Below are positions 31,512-40,617 of a stretch of 64,000 nucleotides of DNA, in pieces. Position 1 is the first letter of the stretch. Each line of letters starts with the position of its first letter. This DNA comes from Candidatus Methanosuratincola verstraetei. GTDB taxonomy: Archaea > Thermoproteota > Methanomethylicia > Methanomethylicales > Methanomethylicaceae. The stretch lies in contig CP186953.1 of assembly GCA_049570475.1 (NCBI GenBank), positions 1,024,001 to 1,088,000 of the forward strand, given 5' to 3'. Under the pieces are notes generated by a model. The model ran no database searches, had not been told where the DNA came from, and was given only the letters and a program-made list of their open reading frames with translations. Made by a program: the position numbers and the translations under genes.

Positions 31512-31534
31512 TTTACATTTGTAAAGTACATGTA
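31512..31534. promoter_or_regulatory. Candidate operator upstream of the por operon
   Basis: Inverted repeat TTTACA-TT-TGTAAA followed by palindrome TACATGTA, 15-37 nt from the porG start. Confidence 0.45.
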
Positions 31535-31628
31535 AAAAATCTTTTGCAAGGAGAGCTGGATGAGAGCTGCCGGCAACAGGCAAACTTTAAAAAGATCGTG
31601 CTCCGCAAGTCTGAAGGGGGCTCGAGGT

Positions 31629-31744
31629 GGCCCGGGTTAGGCAGCCAATTCAGGCTGCCCCCGAAGGGTAGCGGTTATCCCGGAGGCCTGTGGCGCGCAA
31701 GCGCAGAGAGCCTCAGTTCGCGGGTTCGATCCCCGCCCCGGGCC
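31629..31744 (+). tRNA. tRNA-His(GTG) with encoded G-1 and two introns (31639-31665 at 9/10; 31694-31708 at 37/38)
   Basis: After both introns are removed: G GCCCGGG TT GGGT AGCGGTTA TCCC G GAGGC CTGTGGA GCCTC AGTTC GCGGG TTCGATC CCCGC CCCGGGC C. Both introns fold as BHB; TTTAAAAA lies upstream. Confidence 0.92.
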
Positions 31745-31758
31745 CTCAATATTTCTTT

Positions 31759-32853
31759 CTAGATCCTCACGAGCCTATACTTGCACGATCCCATGCCCAG
31801 GCGTTCCGCTTCCTTGATGTGTATCCAGCTGTCAGTCCTGTTTATCTTCCCCAGGATGTCCGGAGGCGAGACCCCCCAAGAGGGGAACGCCTCAGCAGAG
31901 TCGATCAGATGGATCGCTGCTGCATCTACAGCCACGGGATCCCTTGAGGCGAGTATCCCGACGTTCTGCACCACTATGCTGCCTGCCGGGGCTGCGCAGT
32001 CGCACAGCGGCGTGACGTCGAATATGAAATTTAGAAAAACAGTCGCCTTTCCTTCCATAACCCTCATGACCCCGGCAGCCGCCTCGGCCATCCCCTTCTG
32101 GAACCTCTCCTTCCCGTCCTCCAGGATGCCTATTGCGCCGTATTCGCATCTGAACCTGCAGGTGGAGCAGTAGAAGCACCTGTCCCAGTCCCAGACTGGT
32201 CTCCCCTCCACCATCTTCAAGGCAGAGAACCGGCAGACCTCGGCGCATGAACCGCACCCCGTGCACCTTTCTTCGTGAAAAACAATCCCATGCGCCTTGT
32301 GCTGCTCCCTCTTGCAGTCCTTCGTTGTGCACCCCATCGCCAGGTTTTTGATCGCACCGCCTATGCCTGACAGGACGTGCCCTTTGACGTGGCTCAACAC
32401 AATCATTGCGTCTGCATCGGCAATTGCTCTGGCCACCTTCACAAAATTGACGAACCTCCCGCCTCCGGTTACCGTGCCGCTATATCCGTCAGGGGCGTCG
32501 GCAATCAGTATGGGGCACCCGAGCCCTTCTTCCGTGAAGCCATTGTATGCCGCGGTCCTCAGGCTCTCCTCGACCGTCACCCTTGCACCCTCGGGGTATA
32601 GTGCTGTGGTCTCTGTGGCAAATGGGGTGCCGCCCATGCTTTTCACATGATCCACCACCCGCCTCACAAAGGCTGGCCTTATGTGCGTATAGTTACCGAG
32701 CTCCCCAAAGTGGGCCTTGACAGCTGCCCTTTTGCCTTCCAAGCCTATGCGCTCTCCGCCTCCACAAGCCCCTGTACATCTCTCAAGCAGCTTGTCGATG
32801 CCTACGAGCACGTCGTCGCTCTCGGCGAAATCGAAGAAGTATACCTCAGACAC
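31759..32853 (-). CDS. DUF362-domain Fe-S protein
   Basis: KAHFGE, HVKGH..GGAIKNLAMGC, a 2x[4Fe-4S] insert, PLCDC and DPVAVD. Confidence 0.9.
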   Translation of the reverse strand: MSEVYFFDFAESDDVLVGIDKLLERCTGACGGGERIGLEGKRAAVKAHFGELGNYTHIRPAFVRRVVDHVKSMGGTPFATETTALYPEGARVTVEESLRTAAYNGFTEEGLGCPILIADAPDGYSGTVTGGGRFVNFVKVARAIADADAMIVLSHVKGHVLSGIGGAIKNLAMGCTTKDCKREQHKAHGIVFHEERCTGCGSCAEVCRFSALKMVEGRPVWDWDRCFYCSTCRFRCEYGAIGILEDGKERFQKGMAEAAAGVMRVMEGKATVFLNFIFDVTPLCDCAAPAGSIVVQNVGILASRDPVAVDAAAIHLIDSAEAFPSWGVSPPDILGKINRTDSWIHIKEAERLGMGSCKYRLVRI

Positions 32854-32990
32854 TGTTCAGCCCTCCTGATAATATTGCCTGAAGAGGATAAAAATACCTG
32901 CCCTGTCCGCGCCTGGCAGCCCTTTGCGAACAAAACCTTATCGTTTTAAATATCCGCTGCAGCCTGACTTAATCTGATGAGGGATATCTT

Positions 32991-33929
32991 GTGAGAAGGC
33001 TCCAGTGCGGCGGGGTGGTCTGGATAGACCTAGAAAAGCCAAATCGGGAAGAGGTAATGGAGCTTGGAAAGCTATTCCCTTTCCACCCGCTCAACCTTGA
33101 GGACTGCCTTTCCAGGACACAGCTGACCAAACTTGAGCGCCATGAAGATCACATCTTTCTTGTCGTGCGGTTCCCGGTCAAATGCGGGGATCTGAGCTGT
33201 TCCCCATCGCAGATCTCGTTTTTCCTGGGCAATGACTACCTTGTCACTATCCATGACGGGAGCATTGCGGCGATGAAAGAGGTCTTCGACTCCTGCGAAA
33301 CCTTGACTAAGCAGAACCAGAAGGTGACTTGGGACGGCGTCGGCTCCCTTTTCTACACGATCATCAGCAAGATAGTCGATTCGCTCTTCCCAGTCATGGA
33401 AATGATGATGGACCGCATCGAGGAGCTTGAGGACAGGATATTCAGCGAGCAGCACGACGCCCTGTTTGAGGTTGCGAACCTGAGGAGGAGCGTCTCTGAC
33501 CTGAGGAGGATCATCTCCCCGTTCAGGAAGGTAGTCGCAGACATCTCGATAGCCGTGAGCGAGGTTACAGGGGATGACTTGAAAGTTTACTTCGATGACG
33601 TGAAGGACAGGGTGGAGCGCATTTGGGAGCTCTCCGAGACCTGCAAGGAGCTCGTCGAGATCTTCAAGGACACTGATTTCACGCTCTACCAGAGGCGCAT
33701 GAACCGGGCCCTCGTCATCCTAACTGTGATATTCACGATCACCATCCCGGCCACGATAGTAGGCACGTTCTACGGGATGAATATACCCATGCCGGGATCT
33801 GCCGTGGAACTAACGGAAGGGCTGCCCACCTTCCTCGGGCCTTGGACAACTTTCATATTCGTGCTCTTGTTTTCCTTACTGCCGGCCGCGTTGATGTTCG
33901 CATACTTCAAGAGAATAGGCTGGATTTGA
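32991..33929 (+). CDS. corA: CorA-family Mg2+/Co2+ transporter
   Basis: WIDL, HPLNLED and YGMN with two C-terminal TM helices. Confidence 0.94.
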   Translation: MRRLQCGGVVWIDLEKPNREEVMELGKLFPFHPLNLEDCLSRTQLTKLERHEDHIFLVVRFPVKCGDLSCSPSQISFFLGNDYLVTIHDGSIAAMKEVFDSCETLTKQNQKVTWDGVGSLFYTIISKIVDSLFPVMEMMMDRIEELEDRIFSEQHDALFEVANLRRSVSDLRRIISPFRKVVADISIAVSEVTGDDLKVYFDDVKDRVERIWELSETCKELVEIFKDTDFTLYQRRMNRALVILTVIFTITIPATIVGTFYGMNIPMPGSAVELTEGLPTFLGPWTTFIFVLLFSLLPAALMFAYFKRIGWI

Positions 33930-33956
33930 GCTCTACCGATATTATCTAGGTGCAAC

Positions 33957-34466
33957 ATGATGGAGATGGTTCTCATAACAGTCGAGTACGGCAAGGAGGA
34001 CAGGGCGGAAGCGGAGGTCCTAGATTGCATCCTGCCTTTGGATCCTGATGCCTCCGTCAGGCGCACCGGGTTCGGCGGGATACTCATCCTCGAGACCTCC
34101 CTCGATACTGACCGTGCAGCTGAATCCATAGCAGGCTCTCTGAGCCGACTGGTGCGGAGCGCAATCCCAGTCGATCAGATTGTAAGGTCTGAGATCTCAG
34201 AAATTGAAGAGGTCGCTGCATCCCGGGTCAGGATTGGATCCAAGATCGCGGTGAGGTGCAGGAGGCGGGGATCTTCCCTCCCCTCCCCGAAGGAGGTTGA
34301 ATGCATTGTTGGCCGCAGGCTGAAGGGGATCGGGTGCGCTGTGGACCTCAAGAATCCTGATCAGATCGTCCGGATAGAAATAATAGGGGAGATTACTGCT
34401 GTATCCGTTAGACCTCCCAACAGGTCTGTGTTCAAAGCGAGATCCTCGCGGGTGCAAGACTCATGA
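33957..34466 (+). CDS. Stand-alone THUMP-domain protein
   Basis: AVRCRRRG and VDLKNPD..VRIEIIG. Confidence 0.85.
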   Translation: MMEMVLITVEYGKEDRAEAEVLDCILPLDPDASVRRTGFGGILILETSLDTDRAAESIAGSLSRLVRSAIPVDQIVRSEISEIEEVAASRVRIGSKIAVRCRRRGSSLPSPKEVECIVGRRLKGIGCAVDLKNPDQIVRIEIIGEITAVSVRPPNRSVFKARSSRVQDS

Positions 34467-35470
34467 CCAAGATGGGCATCGGGAAGATACCGAACTCGCT
34501 TCTGAAGAGGATAGTGCTCAGCCAGCTGGGGGTGGGCGATCCTGATGTCCTGGTGGGTCCGGGGATTGGTGAAGACGCCGCGATAATAAGTCATGGCGGC
34601 GGGGAATTAGCTTTCAAGTCAGACCCGATAACAGGATCAGTCGAGGAAGTGGGCATTCTCGCAGTCTACGTGAATGCGAATGACATAGCCTCGAGGGGTG
34701 CGGTACCTCGGTGGTTCTTGGGGTGCATCCTGCTCCCCCCGGGGAGCAGCGAGTCGGATCTAGACAGGATCTGCAGGCAGATCGACTCTGCGGCAAAAGA
34801 GCTTCGCATCGCCGTCGTAGGCGGGCACACCGAGGTCACTGACGGGACAACCCGCCCGATAGTGGTCGGATCAATGATTGGCGTGGTAAAGAACAGCAGG
34901 TTCATAACGACAGGGGGATCCTCGCCTGGGGATCTGGTATATATGACCAAGGCGGCAGGGATCGAGGGGACGGTGATCCTCTCTTCAGATCCAAGGATAG
35001 AGAAAAGCCTGGGCGAGGTCTTTGTGAGGAAGTGCAAGTCGATGCTGCCGAAAGTGAACGTCGTGAGCGAGTGCACGCTGCTTGCCGACCAGGAAGGGGT
35101 GACCTCGATGCACGACGTCACCGAGGGCGGAATACTCGGCTGTGCCTGGGAGATTGCCGAAGCCTCCTCCTCAGGCATATTCATCGACCTCTCCTGCGTC
35201 AGGGTCCTTGATGAGACATGGTCGCTCTGTTCGGAACTTGGGCTTGATCCCTTCAGGCTGATGGGGTCGGGGGCAGTCCTTTTCACCGTAAGGGCAGGGT
35301 CAGAGGCGTTGGTGGAGGCATCCCTCTCAAAAGCAGGGATCCAGTATTCCCGGATCGGGGTGATCGTGGGGCCGCATGAAGGCAGGCTGTTCAGGGATTT
35401 GGAGGGGCGCCTTTTCAGCATACCTCCCCCGGGCAGTGACGAGCTGTGGCGCGCACGGACTAATGGTTAA
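34463..35470 (+). CDS. AIR synthase-related (HypE/PurM-like) protein
   Basis: GEDAA, DPIT, NANDIA, GGHTE and MHDVTEGG. Confidence 0.88.
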   Translation: MTKMGIGKIPNSLLKRIVLSQLGVGDPDVLVGPGIGEDAAIISHGGGELAFKSDPITGSVEEVGILAVYVNANDIASRGAVPRWFLGCILLPPGSSESDLDRICRQIDSAAKELRIAVVGGHTEVTDGTTRPIVVGSMIGVVKNSRFITTGGSSPGDLVYMTKAAGIEGTVILSSDPRIEKSLGEVFVRKCKSMLPKVNVVSECTLLADQEGVTSMHDVTEGGILGCAWEIAEASSSGIFIDLSCVRVLDETWSLCSELGLDPFRLMGSGAVLFTVRAGSEALVEASLSKAGIQYSRIGVIVGPHEGRLFRDLEGRLFSIPPPGSDELWRARTNG

Positions 35471-35559
35471 TACTTTCGGTTGTATCTCTGAAAAAATTCT
35501 TTTCTAAAGGACAAAAACCATAAATCCCCCTAAAACCATCTCTGATCAGGTAGTCCCCT

Positions 35560-36753
35560 TTGGCGTACGACATAATCTCAGGCGAGATCGGGCGCCCCAG
35601 CGTCTTCAAGGACGAGTCCAAGCTCTTCCCTGACCACGTCCCGATGAACCTTGTCCACAGGGAGCCGCAGCTAAGATCCTTGAGCAGGGTATTCCGGGCA
35701 ATCCTTGAGACCCCGGGGGCCGTCTCGCAGAAGGTCACCCTCGTCGGGGACGTTGGGGTCGGGAAGACAGCTGTGGCGAAGCGGTTCGGATCTACCCTCG
35801 AGTCCATCGCCAAGGAGAGGGGGATCGACCTGAGGTACGTGCACGTCAACTGCTACAAGGACAGGACACTCTTCCTAGTCGTGAAGAAAGTGGCCCAGCA
35901 CATCATCCCGGCGATACCGGACAGGGGCTTCTCCGCGCAGGAGCTATTCGAGACCCTCTGGAACACGCTGGAGGACGAGGGGATTTACCTGCTTCTGGCG
36001 CTCGACGAGATTGACTTCCTGATCTCCGTCGCAGGGGAGAAAGAAGCCCCCCTCTACTTCCTCTCAAGGGCGACCGACGAGTTCCTCAACCGGAAGCAGC
36101 GGATGAGCCTCATCCTCATCACCAGGAACCTGGACTTCATTACGGGGCTGGATAAGAGCGTCCAGAGCACGCTCCTTCACAACGTCATAAGGTTCGAGAG
36201 CTATTCTGCCGCCCAGCTGTACGACATAATCCGTCTCAGGGGGCTGGAGTCGTTCAAGGAGGGGGCAATCGACGACGATGTCCTCCTCATGATATCAGAC
36301 ATGGCGTCTCCACGGGGGGACGCGCGGTACGCGCTCGAGCTACTCTGGCGGGCAGGCAAGTACGCCGATTCCGAAGCCGCCAGCAAGGTTCTGCCAGAGC
36401 ACGTGAGGAAAGCCCAGCTGGATGTCTCGCAGTTCCCGATGCAGATCGTGCTGGATCTGCCACTCCACGAGAGGCTATTTCTCCTCTCGGTCGCAAGGGC
36501 ACTGAAGAGGACAAAGTCCGCATATGTGACGATGGGGGAGGTCGAGTCAGCTTACCGAATGCTCTGCGAGGACATGAAGGTCGAGGCCAGGAGGCACACG
36601 CAGTTCTGGGAGTACCTCCAGAACCTGAAGAACCTTGGGATACTGTACACGAAGATATCCGGCGCAGGCTTCAGGGGGAAGACAACGCTCATAGGGATGC
36701 TGAACCTTTCTGTTGAGGCTGTGGAGAAGAACCTCTCGGCGGTGTTGAGATAA
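35560..36753 (+). CDS. cdc6: Orc1/Cdc6 replication initiator
   Basis: LVHRE, GDVGVGKT, LDEID, GDARYA and a C-terminal winged helix. Confidence 0.95.
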   Translation: MAYDIISGEIGRPSVFKDESKLFPDHVPMNLVHREPQLRSLSRVFRAILETPGAVSQKVTLVGDVGVGKTAVAKRFGSTLESIAKERGIDLRYVHVNCYKDRTLFLVVKKVAQHIIPAIPDRGFSAQELFETLWNTLEDEGIYLLLALDEIDFLISVAGEKEAPLYFLSRATDEFLNRKQRMSLILITRNLDFITGLDKSVQSTLLHNVIRFESYSAAQLYDIIRLRGLESFKEGAIDDDVLLMISDMASPRGDARYALELLWRAGKYADSEAASKVLPEHVRKAQLDVSQFPMQIVLDLPLHERLFLLSVARALKRTKSAYVTMGEVESAYRMLCEDMKVEARRHTQFWEYLQNLKNLGILYTKISGAGFRGKTTLIGMLNLSVEAVEKNLSAVLR

Positions 36754-37028
36754 TGGCTGTCGAAGAAATATTCTCTTCAAAAGGGAGGGTAAAAGTCTTG
36801 AAGGCGCTTGCGGAGACCGGGGAGATGAACATATCCGAGATCACCAGAAGGACAAAGCTGAACCACACGACCACCTCTATGCACCTTGAACAGCTATGCA
36901 AGATAGGGGTGATCGAGGAGAAGAGGTTCGGCAGGGTCAGGATATTCAGGTTCAAGAAGGACGATCCGCGCGGCTGGGCGATCCGGACCCTATTCGACTC
37001 ATTCTCAAAGCGGGGTCAGAAAGCATGA
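36753..37028 (+). CDS. Winged-helix (ArsR-like) DNA-binding protein
   Basis: IFSSKGRVKVL, NISEITRR, HLEQL and GRVRIF; coupled to cdc6 by TAATG overlap. Confidence 0.85.
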   Translation: MAVEEIFSSKGRVKVLKALAETGEMNISEITRRTKLNHTTTSMHLEQLCKIGVIEEKRFGRVRIFRFKKDDPRGWAIRTLFDSFSKRGQKA

Positions 37029-37483
37029 GCGTCAAGATGGTTGACGTAGGGGAAAAGCCTCCAGTCCTGCGGGTCGCAGTTGCAGGCGGATCAATAAGGC
37101 TCAAGCCAAAGACTATCGATATGATCAAATCCAACTCAATCGAGAAGGGGGACGTCCTGGCCGTGGCGAGGGTCGCCGCCATCCAGGCAGTCAAGAGGAC
37201 CTCTGAGAGCATACCTCTCTGCCACCCTATACCTGTAGACCATGTCTCTGTCGACTTCGCTATCGGTTCCGATCGCATCGAGTGCACCGTCCGGGTTAGG
37301 GCAGTTGCCAAGACCGGGGTCGAGATGGAGGCCCTCTGTGGCGTTTCTGCCGCCCTGCTCACGATTTGGGACATGACGAAGAAGTACGAGAAGGACGAGA
37401 GGGGGCAGTACCCAGAGACATTTATCAGTGAGATCCGCGTCCTCAGCAAGTACAAGGGGGAACAGAGCGATGCACACTGCTGA
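37025..37483 (+). CDS. moaC: Cyclic pyranopterin monophosphate synthase
   Basis: MVDVGEK, KGDVL, IPLCHP, TGVEMEAL and WDMTK. Confidence 0.96.
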   Translation: MSVKMVDVGEKPPVLRVAVAGGSIRLKPKTIDMIKSNSIEKGDVLAVARVAAIQAVKRTSESIPLCHPIPVDHVSVDFAIGSDRIECTVRVRAVAKTGVEMEALCGVSAALLTIWDMTKKYEKDERGQYPETFISEIRVLSKYKGEQSDAHC

Positions 37484-37994
37484 TCACCATGCGAATCTTC
37501 CCAAGAGCCTGCGTTTCATGGTGATCGTGACCAGCGATACAATCGTGGCTGCAAAGGACAAGGGCGAGCCTTACCAGGACATAAGCGGGGACGTGGCTCT
37601 CTCGCTTATACTAAGCCACGGATTCAAAGTCACAAAACGGATCTATCTGCCCAATAGGATTGAAGAAATATTGAGGGAGACCAAGTCTGGAACAATCTCA
37701 GGATCCAATGACGCAATAGTGATAATCGGGGGAACTGGTCTGAGCAGACGCGATGTCTCGATCGAAGCAGTCGCGCCCATCTTCGAGAAGCAGATCCCTG
37801 GATTCGGCGAGATATTCAGGCGCCTCTCATACGAGTCCATCGGCACATCGGCGATAGCATCCCGCGCGACTGCAGGCGTGGTGAACGGGACGCTTGTGTT
37901 CGTGATCCCCGGGTCGCCCGAGGCAGTGAAGATGGCGATGGAGCGGATAATCCTCCCCGAAGCCCCACACCTGATAAAAATGATCCGTGGATGA
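37470..37994 (+). CDS. moaB: Molybdopterin adenylyltransferase (MoaB/MogA)
   Basis: TSD, D.SG, GGTG..RDV, PGFGE, SRA and PGS. Confidence 0.92.
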   Translation: MHTADHHANLPKSLRFMVIVTSDTIVAAKDKGEPYQDISGDVALSLILSHGFKVTKRIYLPNRIEEILRETKSGTISGSNDAIVIIGGTGLSRRDVSIEAVAPIFEKQIPGFGEIFRRLSYESIGTSAIASRATAGVVNGTLVFVIPGSPEAVKMAMERIILPEAPHLIKMIRG

Positions 37995-39409
37995 TGTGGA
38001 TGCAGCAGCCCCCCGCCCTGGCAATCGTCTCCTTCCACAGCGGTGAAGGGAAAACCACACTTCTGGAGGGCATCATAAGGGAACTCACAGGCAAGGGGTA
38101 TCGCGTGTGCGCGATCAAGCATTCGGCGCACAATGAAGTACAAGATGCAAGTAAGGACACTTGGAAGTACCGCGAGGCCGGTGCCGCAGCGTCTGCCCTC
38201 CTCCAGTCCAGCGGCTACCTCGAAGTCTGCTCCCAAGGTGCCGACCTCCATACGGCAATCAATGTTGTCTCATGCTTCAATCCGGATATTGTGATCTGCG
38301 AGGGGTTCAAAGATTCTGGGCTGCCGAAGATAGCCATTGTCGAGCCCTCCGATTTAGGTCCAGGCTCGCGTCTGCGAGGCGTCGTGGCGCTTGTCCTCAA
38401 GGGGGATGTTGCGCCTGTGGGCGGCGTGGACTGCCTCCCCTTCGACCCCTCCGTGGTTGCTGCATTCATCGAGAGCCGGTTCTTAGAGTCAAGGCGGAGG
38501 GCAACCATGATCGACAGGTACGGCAGACGGATCCTCGGGATAAGGATGTCATTGACGCAGCGGTGCAACCTGAACTGCGTCTACTGCCACCATGAGGGGG
38601 AGGGATCGCCTTCAGGTGAGATGTACACTGACGAGATCCTGAGGATACTCCGGGTGGCAAGGGATCTCGGGATGCGGAGGGTCAAGTTCACAGGGGGGGA
38701 GCCCCTGCTCAGGAAGGATCTGGGGGGGATCATCGCCTACTCCTATGCGCTCGGGTTCGAGGATGTGGGCGTTACCACAAACGGGCAGCTTCTTCGGGAA
38801 CGGGCCCTGGAGCTCTACGAGGCAGGGCTGCGGAGGCTGAACCTCTCGGTGCCCAGCGTCGATCCGAACGTTTACAGGTCGATAACTGGAGGGGAACTCA
38901 GGAATGTGGTAGATGGGCTCGAGTCTGCCCGGAGGCTAGGGATCCATGTTAAGATCAACACGGTTGTGATGAGGGGCATAAACGACTCGAGCATAGGCAA
39001 CATAATCGAATTTGCGCGCATGCGCTCTTCCCAGCTCCAGCTGATTGAGCTTGAGGATCTCCACTTGGACAAGGGCTTCTTTGAGAAATACCATTTCGAC
39101 CTAACCCAAACTGAAGAGACGATTTCGCGCGCGTCCGACTCCGTGGTCGAGCGGGGCGAGATGAACAGGAGGCGGGTGTACTTGGTCAAGGGTCTGCCGA
39201 TCGAGATCGTTCGCCCCGTAAGCAACCCCAGCTTCTGCGCCGGATGCACAAGGATCAGGATAACCAGCGACGGGAAGATAAAGCCATGCCTGATGAGGGA
39301 CGATCTCCTCTTCGACCTCCTCGGGGGAATCAGATCAGGGTTGACAGACGACCAGCTCAAGGACCTGTTCATGTCAGCTGTATCGGCTAGGGAGCCCTTT
39401 TACAGGTGA
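37991..39409 (+). CDS. moaA: MobB-MoaA fusion (MobB P-loop domain plus GTP 3',8-cyclase)
   Basis: N-terminal SGEGKTTL/IKH/EGFK; from 38507 DRYGR, CNLNCVYC, TGGEPLLR and FCAGCTRIR..KPCL. Confidence 0.92.
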   Translation: MMWMQQPPALAIVSFHSGEGKTTLLEGIIRELTGKGYRVCAIKHSAHNEVQDASKDTWKYREAGAAASALLQSSGYLEVCSQGADLHTAINVVSCFNPDIVICEGFKDSGLPKIAIVEPSDLGPGSRLRGVVALVLKGDVAPVGGVDCLPFDPSVVAAFIESRFLESRRRATMIDRYGRRILGIRMSLTQRCNLNCVYCHHEGEGSPSGEMYTDEILRILRVARDLGMRRVKFTGGEPLLRKDLGGIIAYSYALGFEDVGVTTNGQLLRERALELYEAGLRRLNLSVPSVDPNVYRSITGGELRNVVDGLESARRLGIHVKINTVVMRGINDSSIGNIIEFARMRSSQLQLIELEDLHLDKGFFEKYHFDLTQTEETISRASDSVVERGEMNRRRVYLVKGLPIEIVRPVSNPSFCAGCTRIRITSDGKIKPCLMRDDLLFDLLGGIRSGLTDDQLKDLFMSAVSAREPFYR

Positions 39410-39411
39410 TC

Positions 39412-40617
39412 TTAGGCAGACCGCCGCGTGCCGACCCCTGAGATTATTTCTATGTAGGGCAGGTACTCGAATGCGGCCTTCTTCAGGGAGACGTGGTTCG
39501 CCTTGGCAATGAGATCCAGCGCCTCCCGCTTGGCGCCCCTCTCCTCCTTCGTCTGGCTCATTATGCTGATCCTCTTGGGGAAGCTGTACTTTACAAACCT
39601 GTACTCCCCGCTTTTGGCTAAAGCTGCCCCGCCGGCTGCGAGTTCTAGCGCGTAGCCGATAAGGTCCCAGGCTTGCCACCTCTTGACGCGCCCCAGGAAC
39701 ACGTCGCCCCTGGAGAGCCAGTCGTATGCCTCTGCCCTCTCCTTGGGGGATTGATACTGGTTCGGTATGTTCTCGTTAATCCACTGGAGAGCCATCTCGG
39801 GATCCATCGCGGTCCCCTCGAGCGCGAGCTTCGCCTCCAGGGCGCTCTTTGAGGAGAATAGCTCCTTCATAACATCAAAAGATCCCCGCTCCTGCACTCT
39901 GAACTGGAGTCCCCTCACCTCCAGCTCATTGAGCGTCTGCCTTCCGGTTGCAAGCATCTGGAAGTCGTTTATCGCCGCCCTCAAGTCCCCGTTGGAGAAC
40001 TCTGCTATGCGCTCGAGCGCGCCGTCTGTCGCAGTCACCCCTGCCTTCTTTGCAACCTTCTTAAGGTATACGACAATGCTCTGGCTCCTTATCCTCCTGA
40101 ACTGGATCATCTCGCAGATCTCGCGGAGGCCCCTGAACCTCGGGTCCCAAGGGTCGTTCGCGCCGACTACGACCGGGTGCTTGGACGCCCTGATAGTCGC
40201 GATTATCGAGGAGAGCCCTCCCCTGTCTTCCCTCCCCGAGATCCCGTCTATCTCGTCCATGAAGATCAGCTTGCCTCTCCTGCCGAACAGGGATGCCTGG
40301 GATGCTGCCCCTCCTGCAACCTTTTCAACGAGCTCCTCCGTCCTGAAGTCGCTTGCATTCATCTCGATAAGTTCGAGATCAAGCTCTTTGGCGACAAGCT
40401 CCACAGAAAGAGTCTTGCCTGTGCCTGGCGGTCCGTAAACCATTGCCCCCTTCTTGACCCCTTCCCCGCCCTCCAGACTCCTCTTGACCCAGTTCAGCAG
40501 CTGCTCAGCCGAGGCATAGTTCCCAACGATCTCCATCAGGCTGGCTGGTTTGAACCGCTCAGTCCACGGCAGCCCTTCTCCTGTCAATCCGCGCCACCCG
40601 CCTGACCCTCGTTTCAC
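39412..40617 (-). CDS. rfcL: Replication factor C large subunit
   Basis: PWTERFKP, GPPGTGKT, EMNASD, DEIDG, GDLRAAIND and WINEN. Confidence 0.94.
   Translation of the reverse strand: MKRGSGGWRGLTGEGLPWTERFKPASLMEIVGNYASAEQLLNWVKRSLEGGEGVKKGAMVYGPPGTGKTLSVELVAKELDLELIEMNASDFRTEELVEKVAGGAASQASLFGRRGKLIFMDEIDGISGREDRGGLSSIIATIRASKHPVVVGANDPWDPRFRGLREICEMIQFRRIRSQSIVVYLKKVAKKAGVTATDGALERIAEFSNGDLRAAINDFQMLATGRQTLNELEVRGLQFRVQERGSFDVMKELFSSKSALEAKLALEGTAMDPEMALQWINENIPNQYQSPKERAEAYDWLSRGDVFLGRVKRWQAWDLIGYALELAAGGAALAKSGEYRFVKYSFPKRISIMSQTKEERGAKREALDLIAKANHVSLKKAAFEYLPYIEIISGVGTRRSA

Noticed and set aside
34463-35470. Calling this gene hypE to complete hypCD
   Set aside because: It lacks the C-terminal PRIC motif required of HypE.
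35471-35559. Replication origin upstream of cdc6
   Set aside because: Only about 90 nt. It is AT-rich but has no convincing ORB (TTCCAxxGGAAA plus G-string) repeats, so it is more likely just a promoter.
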